Of a stretch of DNA of 64,000 bases, positions 35,791 through 44,341 are shown piece by piece (the first letter of the stretch is position 1; every line of letters begins with the position of its first letter). Position numbers and translations under genes: made by a program. The stretch comes from Candidatus Latescibacterota bacterium (GTDB lineage: Bacteria; Latescibacterota; UBA2968; UBA8231), in assembly GCA_965204725.1 (NCBI GenBank), contig OZ242005.1:192001-256000 (forward strand), written 5' to 3'. The notes below the pieces were generated by a model. It saw only the letters and a list, made by a program, of their open reading frames with translations, did not search any database and had not been told where the DNA came from.

Positions 35791-36660
35791 TTACTCTGCT
35801 CGCCAAGCCGGAACATCCCATGAATTGTACCACGCCCACGCCCACTTGACCTTTTTGGCTGGCATCTCCACTTCGTACTGAATGGGCGCGGTAAAGGGCA
35901 GCAGTTGGGCTTGGCCGTCAATCTGCTCCCGCAGGTCTTCGAGGAAGGCGTTGACGTCCGTTAGATTGGGCGGCCAATGACCGGCCGGAATCGGCTCGGA
36001 CTGGCGATCGGTCCGATAGTGGGTGGGAATGACGAATTTGGGCCGCACCGCATCAATTAGCGGCCCCATCGGCGTCTTCATGTGGATCAAGTAATCGACG
36101 CGACCGCGCAGATTCTCCAGCGGCGGATAGGTCCCGTGCAAATCCCCGGTGTGGAAAATCGCGACGTCGCGGGCGGCATGGGTGACTAGATAGGCGCAAG
36201 TGGGCAGATCCGGCCGGGCGCTTTCGCCGCTTTCGTACACTTCGACCTGAAGCGGGCCTAGGTCGAGCTCAAAGGGGCCGGGAAATTCGCGGCGACCATA
36301 GCGCGCGACATCCTGATATTTGGGATAGACCACTTGGACCTTGGCCGGGTCGATGTGCTTGGTGATGGGCAGGTCGCGCGCAAAAGCGGCGTCGCCGTAG
36401 TTTTCGTCAATGGGTTCGTTGGGCGTCAGACAGCCGATGGGGACGAAGAGTTTTTTCCAGCGCTCGCCTTGGCAGAGCTTGTGCAAGGTCTTGGGGTGAC
36501 AATGGTCAAAGTGCTCGTGGCTGATAAAAATATAGTCGAATATCGGCTCGGCTCGTTCCAGTTCGGCACCGAATAGATAGGGATCGAAACACACGTTGAC
36601 ATCGCCCAGCAATGCCTCAAAGTGCCCACATCCAGCCCAGCGCAGATACATGCTGTCCAT
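35791..36660 (-). CDS. MBL-fold metallo-hydrolase (UlaG-like)
   Basis: FDPY, ISHEHFDH, FHTGD, VIPTHY; RBS GGAGG. Confidence 0.85.
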   Translation of the reverse strand: MDSMYLRWAGCGHFEALLGDVNVCFDPYLFGAELERAEPIFDYIFISHEHFDHCHPKTLHKLCQGERWKKLFVPIGCLTPNEPIDENYGDAAFARDLPITKHIDPAKVQVVYPKYQDVARYGRREFPGPFELDLGPLQVEVYESGESARPDLPTCAYLVTHAARDVAIFHTGDLHGTYPPLENLRGRVDYLIHMKTPMGPLIDAVRPKFVIPTHYRTDRQSEPIPAGHWPPNLTDVNAFLEDLREQIDGQAQLLPFTAPIQYEVEMPAKKVKWAWAWYNSWDVPAWRAE

Positions 36661-36684
36661 TGGCTTCCTCCTCCGAGCGGCCGC

Positions 36685-38547
36685 TCAATACGCGACCGCC
36701 ACGAGTCCACTGCGTTCTGTCGGTCCGTCGTCTGTATCCACCTGTACTCGGTAGAGATATACACCCGGCGCGACCACGCTCCCGCCGTCGGCCCGGCCGT
36801 CCCACCGCCGGGCGTATTGGCCGCTGGTATCCGCTCCCCGGTACAACTGGCGCACTCGGCGTCCCGCCAGATCGAATATGCCCACTTCTACCGCGCCGGT
36901 GCCGGCCAGTTCGAGCAGCGTGTACTCGATGTGGACCTCGTCGTTGACCCGGTCGCCATTGGGCGTGCATACCTGCGAACTGAGCACCAACTCACTGACG
37001 ATCGCGCGGCCCAACTCAATCCCCACCGACCGCTGGTTGCCGTCTAGGCGGAAGGTCGCATCCCCATCTTCAACCCACTGCCCCACTTCCAACGGGCGTT
37101 GGCTGTCGAAGACCTCGGCGGCGAAGACCGTGCCAAAGCGAAACACCCGTCCCGTGAAGAAAACCTCCACCACGCGGCCGGTCTTGCTCCGGTCCATGCG
37201 CCCCACTGCCAATACCAACCGCTGGTCCGTCAAAGGCTCGGCAAGGCGCCAATCCTGCAATTCCTCGTTGACGCGGACGGAATCGACGCCGGTGAACTGC
37301 CCCGCAGTCTTTAGCACCAAGCGGTCAAAGCCGCTTTCGCCGCCGGCAAAATCCGGCCGCATGGCATAGACAAAGGCCGTCTCTTCCCCCGGCTTGACCT
37401 CAATCGGCCAGATCTCCCCGAGCACCCGCCCGGCCACTGGCGGCTGGGTGACGCGGAATTCAATAAAATCAATGGCCGCGCCAGCCAAGCCACTCGGTAC
37501 AAAATCCAACTGCACTTGAATGAATTGTCGGGGGCTCGGCGAGGTAATCGCCGTGCCGAGACGGTCGGCCCAATCGTAAGGCCCCGACCACGAACTCCAA
37601 TTGTCGAGGTCTGTGGTAACTTCGGCTTTGTTGCCCTTGAGGTTGTTGTAGTCCGCCGCAGTCAAGGGCACGCCTTGGGCGTTGCGGAAGGTTTTCTCGT
37701 CGCCGCGGCCGGTAAAACGCCAGTAGCGGTTAGGGTCCGCCGTATGACCGCTGCGCGTACGGATGCTCAGTTTGGCGTTGGAATCTTCAAAGCCCGACCA
37801 GCGAATGGCACCCAAGCTCGACGGCTGGCCGAGGTCAAAGGCCCCGGAAGTGTACAGGGCACTCGATACATAGCCCTCGCCATAGACTTCCAACTCGGCG
37901 ATTTCCCAACCCTCTTTTTTGTGGATATTGAGTTGTATCTGATCGAGAACGCGGGGGACAAAGTTGATTTCGAGGCGCGGATTTCGGTTGTCGATCCCCC
38001 GTGCGATGACGTTTTTGCCTTGGGGCCTTATCGTCCCCTTGGGCAACGAGTACAGGGTGTAGTCCTCAATGAGGCGGTCGGGATGGTTCGGCCGGGGATA
38101 GACGACAACTCGATTGACCAAGAAGCGGCCGCCTAGATCGAGATACACCAAGGACGACTCCGAGCGCACGACGAGGACGGCCGGGTCGAGAAAAGTGGTT
38201 GAATCGCCGTCGGCGATCCGGTCGATTTCTTCGCCTTTGGTGAGAAAATTGTACTTCCAACTGCCGGGGCCGCCGCCGCGGGCGAAGGAAGATCGCGCCA
38301 TATTCTCGTCCGAAGGAATGAATACCGGGGCGAGCCGGCCCTCATGGCCGACCTCCACGCCGACCAGCACCCCCTCGGCACCCGCGGCAAAGCCCTCCCA
38401 GCTCAACTGGACAAACTCCACGTCTCGATGGCTCGCCAATTCGGGCTGCGGCAGCCCATGGCCACCCACTCTATATATGGTGAGTCCCCAAGCCAAGGTC
38501 GGGGCCAGAAAAGGCAGCAGCGCTAGGCGCAGCATCGCGGCTTGCAT
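36685..38547 (-). CDS. Secreted protein with C-terminal FlgD-Ig/T9SS type B-like domain
   Basis: Signal ending AWG; LDLGG; GEIWP; TPNGDRVND...VAVAY. Confidence 0.8.
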   Translation of the reverse strand: MQAAMLRLALLPFLAPTLAWGLTIYRVGGHGLPQPELASHRDVEFVQLSWEGFAAGAEGVLVGVEVGHEGRLAPVFIPSDENMARSSFARGGGPGSWKYNFLTKGEEIDRIADGDSTTFLDPAVLVVRSESSLVYLDLGGRFLVNRVVVYPRPNHPDRLIEDYTLYSLPKGTIRPQGKNVIARGIDNRNPRLEINFVPRVLDQIQLNIHKKEGWEIAELEVYGEGYVSSALYTSGAFDLGQPSSLGAIRWSGFEDSNAKLSIRTRSGHTADPNRYWRFTGRGDEKTFRNAQGVPLTAADYNNLKGNKAEVTTDLDNWSSWSGPYDWADRLGTAITSPSPRQFIQVQLDFVPSGLAGAAIDFIEFRVTQPPVAGRVLGEIWPIEVKPGEETAFVYAMRPDFAGGESGFDRLVLKTAGQFTGVDSVRVNEELQDWRLAEPLTDQRLVLAVGRMDRSKTGRVVEVFFTGRVFRFGTVFAAEVFDSQRPLEVGQWVEDGDATFRLDGNQRSVGIELGRAIVSELVLSSQVCTPNGDRVNDEVHIEYTLLELAGTGAVEVGIFDLAGRRVRQLYRGADTSGQYARRWDGRADGGSVVAPGVYLYRVQVDTDDGPTERSGLVAVAY

Positions 38548-38557
38548 ACTTTTGGCT

Positions 38558-38605
38558 TAAAATGGGCTGCCTGGCGCACCGTCGCGGTACCCCAGGCAGC
38601 AAAAA
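38558..38605 (-). terminator. Possible terminator/attenuator hairpin
   Basis: Stem GCTGCCTGG/CCAGGCAGC, long loop, short T4 tail on the minus strand. Confidence 0.35.
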
Positions 38606-38628
38606 CAACCCCCGCTATGGAGGATCGC

Positions 38629-39519
38629 TTAATGGACGAAACCGGCCTTGAGCCGGCCCCAAGTCGTGGCTTCAACCGAAGAGGGAATCGAGCCGAAGTC
38701 AACGCTCTCATCAATAGGCGACAAGAAGAAGTCGCTGCAACCATCGGCGTTCCTAAAGCCAATGTCGCTCTGGCTCAGGTTGTAGAATGCGTCCCAACCG
38801 CTGCACTCTTCGCCCTCGCGCGCCTCGCGGCAGCCAACATCGTAGTCCATCCAGTTGTAGTGGATGCCGATTATGTTGTTCTCTTGCATCGAGTGGATGA
38901 TCGACTCTCCGGGGCCGGCGGGATTGATGTCGTCGGTGGGGGCCAAGCGGATTTCCAGCCAAGTCGTCCCCGGACCGTAGTGTTCGCCTTCAAAAGTCGC
39001 CACCGCATTGTACCAGCCCTCCTCGGGCAGCCAAGTCGCCGCGCCCCAGAAGAAGTGGACAATTTCCGAGCCTAACACCGTGTCGCCGATGTTGTTGTAG
39101 GTCTCGGTCTGATAGCACTGCGAACCGTCCAACCGCTCATCGCCCGGGTAGCATTCGCCCCCGCTGTGATCGGCGTCGAGGAGAATTTGCCAAGTATCGC
39201 CCGGCCGGTTGATGTCGTCGAATACTTGGCTGTAAAAGTAGAGCCGGTTGGTCCCCAAGCTGAAGGTCACCGTGGCTTTGGCGTCGAAATTGGACGCATC
39301 GATCTCCCGTCCCCCTTGAGTATCGGGAAACTGCTCGGTGGTCTGCCAGTATGCCTCGGGGACGATATCGTATTCGCTGCCGACGCCGTCCAGTACGGGC
39401 TCGAGACCGGCTGGCCACTGGAAGGCCGGAAAAATGGCGCCTTCGGGCGAGTGCGCCGAAACATTGACCGCGAGGCCCAACGTGAGAGCCAAAGCAGCCG
39501 TCATAATATGACGTGCCAT
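38629..39519 (-). CDS. Secreted CBM9/DOMON-like protein with C-terminal TWGRLK motif
   Basis: RBS AAGGA; signal VNVSA/H; PVLDG, NRLYF, DADHSGG; ends SSVEATTWGRLKAGFVH. Confidence 0.75.
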   Translation of the reverse strand: MARHIMTAALALTLGLAVNVSAHSPEGAIFPAFQWPAGLEPVLDGVGSEYDIVPEAYWQTTEQFPDTQGGREIDASNFDAKATVTFSLGTNRLYFYSQVFDDINRPGDTWQILLDADHSGGECYPGDERLDGSQCYQTETYNNIGDTVLGSEIVHFFWGAATWLPEEGWYNAVATFEGEHYGPGTTWLEIRLAPTDDINPAGPGESIIHSMQENNIIGIHYNWMDYDVGCREAREGEECSGWDAFYNLSQSDIGFRNADGCSDFFLSPIDESVDFGSIPSSVEATTWGRLKAGFVH

Positions 39520-39718
39520 GTCTGTTCCTTTCTCATAAAGCAGGAAAATTGAAAATTTGCGTTCTAGCCGAGATACTTCTCTGAGCCTGATGCGCTTCCT
39601 CCTTTCCGCGATTGAGTGGGACAAAGGCCCATTTTGCTGGGTTCGGCTTACAAGGTACGAAATTTGAAAATTAAAAATCAAGAAAAATAAAAGCAGGCCG
39701 GACGTAGCGCTCACCGGG

Positions 39719-39770
39719 TGGATTCCCGCCCCGTGTCGGGGCACGGGGTGACGTTCTTTCGCGGAATGAC
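39719..39770. repeat. ATTCCC-type palindrome with inserted hairpin
   Basis: TGGATTCCCGCCCCGTGTCGGGGCACGGGGTGACGTTCTTTCGCGGAATGAC, same layout as 11746-11800. Confidence 0.8.
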
Positions 39771-39888
39771 CGCTAGCAGGCCACCCGCGCACCGGGTGCT
39801 TGCCGCGATGCCTTTTCTTTAATTCGTGCGCTTTGCCAGAGAAATATATATTCTGGTCGCCCACTTGAGTCTGCAAAGGAACCGCTTC

Positions 39889-41586
39889 ATGTATCGCATC
39901 CTCGTTGCAATACCGTATTTGGCACTCAGTTGGGTGCTGTTTGCTTGTGCGCCACCCGATCAATCTCCCGCGCCGGAGCAAACGGCCCCGCCAATCGCCG
40001 TCGCCCGAGTCGGCCGCGATTCTATTTTCGCGGTTGAAGTAGAGCGGCTCATTGCCTCGTTGGGGCCGGGTCTAAAATCCAGAGAGAGCGGCGATGCCGC
40101 GCGCCGCGATTACCTGCAATCGCTCATAGATCAGAAACTGCTCGCGCACGCAGCCCGCGCCCGCGGTTTGGACACGGTGCGGACCTTTGCGAACAAACTC
40201 GCGTGGAAATTTCGCGAAAAGGTCATCAACACCTACCAAAGCGTCAAAATAAGTGCCCGGATCGAGATTTCCGACGAGGAACTCGAGGAGCTGTTTGTCG
40301 CGGGCGATTTTCAGCGCGAAAAGCGCTTGCTCCGCCTGCTAGTCAACACCCGCGACGAAGCCGTGACATTGCGCCGCCAGATCGCCACGGCCGACGACTT
40401 CGCGGCCTTGGCCCAAGCCCATTCACTCGACCTGCAATCGGCCGAGCAGGGCGGCGATTTGGGCTATGTCAACCGCGTCGGCGCCGCCAATCACGGCATT
40501 CCCGTCCCGGTCTTTGCCAGCCTAAAGCAAGGTTCCCTGTCTGAAGTACTGCCCCTGAGCAAAAATTACCAGCTCGTTTTCTGCACGGCTGAACGCCAAG
40601 GCGATTTCGCCCAGTATCGCCAAGACTTGTACAAAGACGTGTGGAAGGAACGCTTCGTCGCCGAACATCAGGCCCTGATTGAGGAGTTGGCGAGTTCCTT
40701 AAATCTGCGCCTACACTCGGCTGGGCTGGCGGTCCTTACGGCCCAAGACCCCGCAGTCGATCCTTACCCCAAACTCGCCCCGGAGGACGGTTCGGCCCCG
40801 CTGTTCGTTTTTGATGGCGGCCGCATAACCGCGACTCACTACATTGAATCGTTCCGCCGCAGCCGGCAGGTGCCGGCCTTGGGCGACAGCCTGCAAATAA
40901 TCCGGGCGGCCTGGAAATTGCCCATTCCCAAGACGCTGGTCTGGCGCGCGGCCAAAGAGGCCGGCCACACGGAAAGCCCGGCCATGCGCTATTGGAAGCA
41001 GCGCAAGACCGAGGAAATGCTCATCCTCGCCCTGCGCCAGCACGAGATCAGCGACCAAATAACCATAACCGATGCGGCCGTAGCCCAGTACTACCAAGAC
41101 CATCGGGAACAATTTCGCACCCCGGTGGAAATGCGGCTCGACGAACTGTTAGTTGACGACCGCGACCACGCCCAGGCCCTGCGCCAGCGTCTGGACCGCG
41201 GCGAAACCATCGCCGATTTAGCTTCCCTGAGTCAGCGCCACGGGGGGCCGGATGGCCGGGGGAAAATTCATCTCCATTCGTATCAGCAAGGCATCTACGG
41301 CGCGCTCGTGGACCATGCTCTGGCCGCCGAAATCGGGGGCTTGGTCGGTCCGGTAGCGGTGACGGGCGGATATTCAATTTTCCGCCTCAAAGAGCGCAGC
41401 GGCGGGGAAATCGCCCCCTTAAAGGCGGTCCACAAGCGCGTAGCGGCGATTTTGCGCGTCATAGAGCAGGAACGGCGCTTCAACGAATTGGTCGCCCGCT
41501 ACCGAGAGCAATACGCCGATCAAGTGCATATCTTTGCAGAAGCCATTCCCCAAATCCAACTCGACCCGCCCGCGCCAGCGCGCTGA
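39889..41586 (+). CDS. PpiC-type peptidyl-prolyl isomerase lipoprotein (SurA/PrsA-like, two rotamase domains)
   Basis: Lipobox LFAC; FAALAQAHSLD.SAEQGGDLG; second domain GPVAVTGGYSIF. Confidence 0.85.
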   Translation: MYRILVAIPYLALSWVLFACAPPDQSPAPEQTAPPIAVARVGRDSIFAVEVERLIASLGPGLKSRESGDAARRDYLQSLIDQKLLAHAARARGLDTVRTFANKLAWKFREKVINTYQSVKISARIEISDEELEELFVAGDFQREKRLLRLLVNTRDEAVTLRRQIATADDFAALAQAHSLDLQSAEQGGDLGYVNRVGAANHGIPVPVFASLKQGSLSEVLPLSKNYQLVFCTAERQGDFAQYRQDLYKDVWKERFVAEHQALIEELASSLNLRLHSAGLAVLTAQDPAVDPYPKLAPEDGSAPLFVFDGGRITATHYIESFRRSRQVPALGDSLQIIRAAWKLPIPKTLVWRAAKEAGHTESPAMRYWKQRKTEEMLILALRQHEISDQITITDAAVAQYYQDHREQFRTPVEMRLDELLVDDRDHAQALRQRLDRGETIADLASLSQRHGGPDGRGKIHLHSYQQGIYGALVDHALAAEIGGLVGPVAVTGGYSIFRLKERSGGEIAPLKAVHKRVAAILRVIEQERRFNELVARYREQYADQVHIFAEAIPQIQLDPPAPAR

Positions 41587-41595
41587 AGCGAGGCG

Positions 41596-43224
41596 TCAGC
41601 GTCCCTCCACTATCTCCACATAGCGGCCGGTCGGTAGGCTCGGCAAAACCTGCCGTCGGCCCGAAGGCCAGCGGATTTCCACCTGCTCCACCTCGGCTGT
41701 CGGCCCCAAGCCAAACAACAAGCGCGGGTCGTTTTGGGCTTGGAAGCTGTACCCGCGATGAACCTCTCGCACTTGCTCCATGCCGCCCGCTCGCACGCGC
41801 ACCACAGCGCCAATGGCTAGCCGCCCTTCAGTGCCCACCAGCCGCAGCCCTAGCCAGCGGTTGTTCGCCGCGCTGTCGTTGCGCAGCAGGGTCGGCGCGT
41901 CGTTCAAGTTCATAATGAAAATATCGACATCGCCGTCGTTGTCGTAATCGCCCACGGCAGCAGCGCGGCTCACTTTCTGCTCCGTCCACCCAGCTCCGCT
42001 CTGCTCGCCCACCTCGCCAAACTGCCCGCCCTCGTTGCGGTAGAGCAAATTGCGCTGGGCGTAGCGCAAATCGGCGTAGTGCTGGTCCAACTGCGGATAG
42101 ACATGTCCATTGGCGACGAATAAGTCGAGCCAGCCATCGCGGTCAAAATCGACAAAGGCCGTGCCCCAGCCCAAATAGGGAGCCTCAATCTGGCCCAAGC
42201 CGACCTCGCGGGTGCAATCCCGGAATCTCCACGTCCCCTCGTTGCAGTACAGGGTATTGAACTCTTCGGAAAAGTGCGTCGCAAACAGATCGAGATCGCC
42301 GTCGTTGTCAAAGTCGCCAGCGTGTAACCCCATGCTAGCTTGCGGCAAACCATCGCCGCTGTACGCAGCGCCGGCCTCGACGGCCACCTCGGCCAGACGC
42401 CAAGCGCCATCGTTGCGCCAGAGCAGGTTGGGTTCGGTGTCGTTGGCCACGTACAGGTCGAGATCGCCATCGCGGTCCAAGTCGTTGAAGACGACCCCCA
42501 TCGCCGGATAGCGCCGAGCGCCGACTCCGGTCGAATCGCTCATATCCTGAAACGTTCCGTCGCCTCGGTTGCGGTAAATTCGGTCCGCCGACCGGCCGGC
42601 GTATTCAGGCCCGCAGTACACGTACAGCCCTTTGTAGTGGCATTTAGACCCGCCCGCGGGCGGATTATTCAAGTCGAATTCGAGGTAGTTGGCCACGTAC
42701 AGATCGAGCCACCCATCGCCGTCAACGTCCCCGAAGGCGGCACTGGAGCCCCAGAGCTCGTCATCTACTCCGGCGGCATGGGCAACTTGGGCAAAGCGGC
42801 CCGCCCCGTCGTTGCGCCAGAGTTGGTTGGGGCCCCAATACGTGACGTATAGATCGACGTCGCCATCGTTGTCGTAGTCCCCGGCAGCGCATCCCATGCC
42901 CCAGCCGCCCACGCCGAAATCGGCTTCCACTTCGCGGAACATTCGCGCCCCGCCCGCACCCGGCTCGTTGTGGAAAAGCCGGTTGCGGGCGCCCTCGGGT
43001 TGGTATTCTAACCGCGTCCCGTTGACGACGAAAATATCTTGAAAGCCATCGTTGTCGTAGTCGAGGAAAGCCGCCCCGGTGGACATGGACTCGAGGACGT
43101 AATTCTGTGCTGGGCTACCGGAAACATTTGTGAAGTCTAGCCCGGCGGCCCGGCCGACATCGACGAAGTAAAAGGGGGGGGATTCCCGCCCGGATTGCGC
43201 TTGGCAGCCCAGTAGAAGGACCAC
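41596..43224 (-). CDS. CRTAC1 family protein (FG-GAP repeats + ASPIC/UnbV); start uncertain
   Basis: Repeated DYDNDGD motifs; AIGA...FGLG...IRWPSG; LLGC lipobox-like; only a GTG at 43224 is a near in-frame start. Confidence 0.85.
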   Translation of the reverse strand: MVLLLGCQAQSGRESPPFYFVDVGRAAGLDFTNVSGSPAQNYVLESMSTGAAFLDYDNDGFQDIFVVNGTRLEYQPEGARNRLFHNEPGAGGARMFREVEADFGVGGWGMGCAAGDYDNDGDVDLYVTYWGPNQLWRNDGAGRFAQVAHAAGVDDELWGSSAAFGDVDGDGWLDLYVANYLEFDLNNPPAGGSKCHYKGLYVYCGPEYAGRSADRIYRNRGDGTFQDMSDSTGVGARRYPAMGVVFNDLDRDGDLDLYVANDTEPNLLWRNDGAWRLAEVAVEAGAAYSGDGLPQASMGLHAGDFDNDGDLDLFATHFSEEFNTLYCNEGTWRFRDCTREVGLGQIEAPYLGWGTAFVDFDRDGWLDLFVANGHVYPQLDQHYADLRYAQRNLLYRNEGGQFGEVGEQSGAGWTEQKVSRAAAVGDYDNDGDVDIFIMNLNDAPTLLRNDSAANNRWLGLRLVGTEGRLAIGAVVRVRAGGMEQVREVHRGYSFQAQNDPRLLFGLGPTAEVEQVEIRWPSGRRQVLPSLPTGRYVEIVEGR

Positions 43225-43259
43225 CAGTACCTCGGCAACCCCTTTGGACCAGCGCCGAC

Positions 43260-44186
43260 TTAGGGGACGTACTCGTGTAGATCCGCGATCCAGTTGTATC
43301 CCTCGCGATCCTCCCACTTGTGGGCCCCACCCATGACGAAAATTCGCTCGCCGACGTTTGCAGTGGCCATCCAAGCTTTTTTTGTCGGCATGGGGGTCTC
43401 GCTCGACCAAGTGCCGGCGTCGATATCGTACACTTCGACCGCTGTGTGATAGGGTGCGGACCCGCCCCAGCCGCCAAAAACATAGATCGCCCGCCCCACA
43501 GCCACACAGCCCGGATCGCAGCGCGGCGTGGGAATGGGCGGCAGCGGCGACCAATGGTTGGTCTCTGGGTCAAAGACATGAAAGTCGGGCCGGGGGCCAT
43601 CCTCGCCTATTCCAGTGGCGACGTAGATTTTGTCTTGTACGACAGCGACACCAGGCCCTTGGACTGCTTTGGGCAGGGGCACCCCCAAGGTCCAGCGGGC
43701 CGTGGCCGGGTCAAATACCTCGACGCGGTCCAAGTGCCGCTGGCCGATTTCGGGCTCGGCGTTCATGCTGTTGCCGCCGACCGCGTAAATCTTCCCCTTG
43801 CAGGCAACGGCCACCAGACCGGCCCGGGGCTTGCTCAAGGGGGTAGTGGCCGACCAAGTCTGCGTTTTTAGATCCAAAACCTCGACGCTGTCGCGGATTT
43901 CAAAGTGGTAGGGGTCGCCGGTTTGCTGCTTTTCCTCGTCCGAGCGCACCCGCTTGCCACCGCAGACGTACACCTCGTCGCCTATTCGCGCTGCGCCGAA
44001 CCACCCGCGCTGCGTGGGAATGGGCGGTCCCGGCCGCCAAGTGTCGCTGGCCACGTCGTAGATCTCAACCGCGTGGACCGTATAGTCTCCGGCGCCGGAA
44101 ATGGCATAGATCTCGCCGGCTACCGCAATGGCCTGTAGGTCGTGCCGATTGGTCGGCATCGGTGCTTTTTCGAGCCATACTCCCAT
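43260..44186 (-). CDS. Kelch repeat beta-propeller protein
   Basis: Six repeats of PxPxxR...IYxxGG...VExYD...W; RBS AGGAGG. Confidence 0.9.
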   Translation of the reverse strand: MGVWLEKAPMPTNRHDLQAIAVAGEIYAISGAGDYTVHAVEIYDVASDTWRPGPPIPTQRGWFGAARIGDEVYVCGGKRVRSDEEKQQTGDPYHFEIRDSVEVLDLKTQTWSATTPLSKPRAGLVAVACKGKIYAVGGNSMNAEPEIGQRHLDRVEVFDPATARWTLGVPLPKAVQGPGVAVVQDKIYVATGIGEDGPRPDFHVFDPETNHWSPLPPIPTPRCDPGCVAVGRAIYVFGGWGGSAPYHTAVEVYDIDAGTWSSETPMPTKKAWMATANVGERIFVMGGAHKWEDREGYNWIADLHEYVP

Positions 44187-44341
44187 CTGTTCCTCCTGAG
44201 GTATTCGTTGCCGTTAGACGGATGCCGAAAAAGATAAGGCGCGCAACGACTCGCTCCAACCGCCGCACCCCGCGCAGTTGTCGCGCCGCCCGAGCCGCTT
44301 TATAATGGGGTCCTATCCAACCTCCAACGGGGTGAAGCAAC

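Noticed and set aside
39520-39981. N-terminal extension of the 450-aa ORF
   Set aside because: It crosses an intergenic repeat and the divergent PPIase start; the signal peptide and RBS support 39519.
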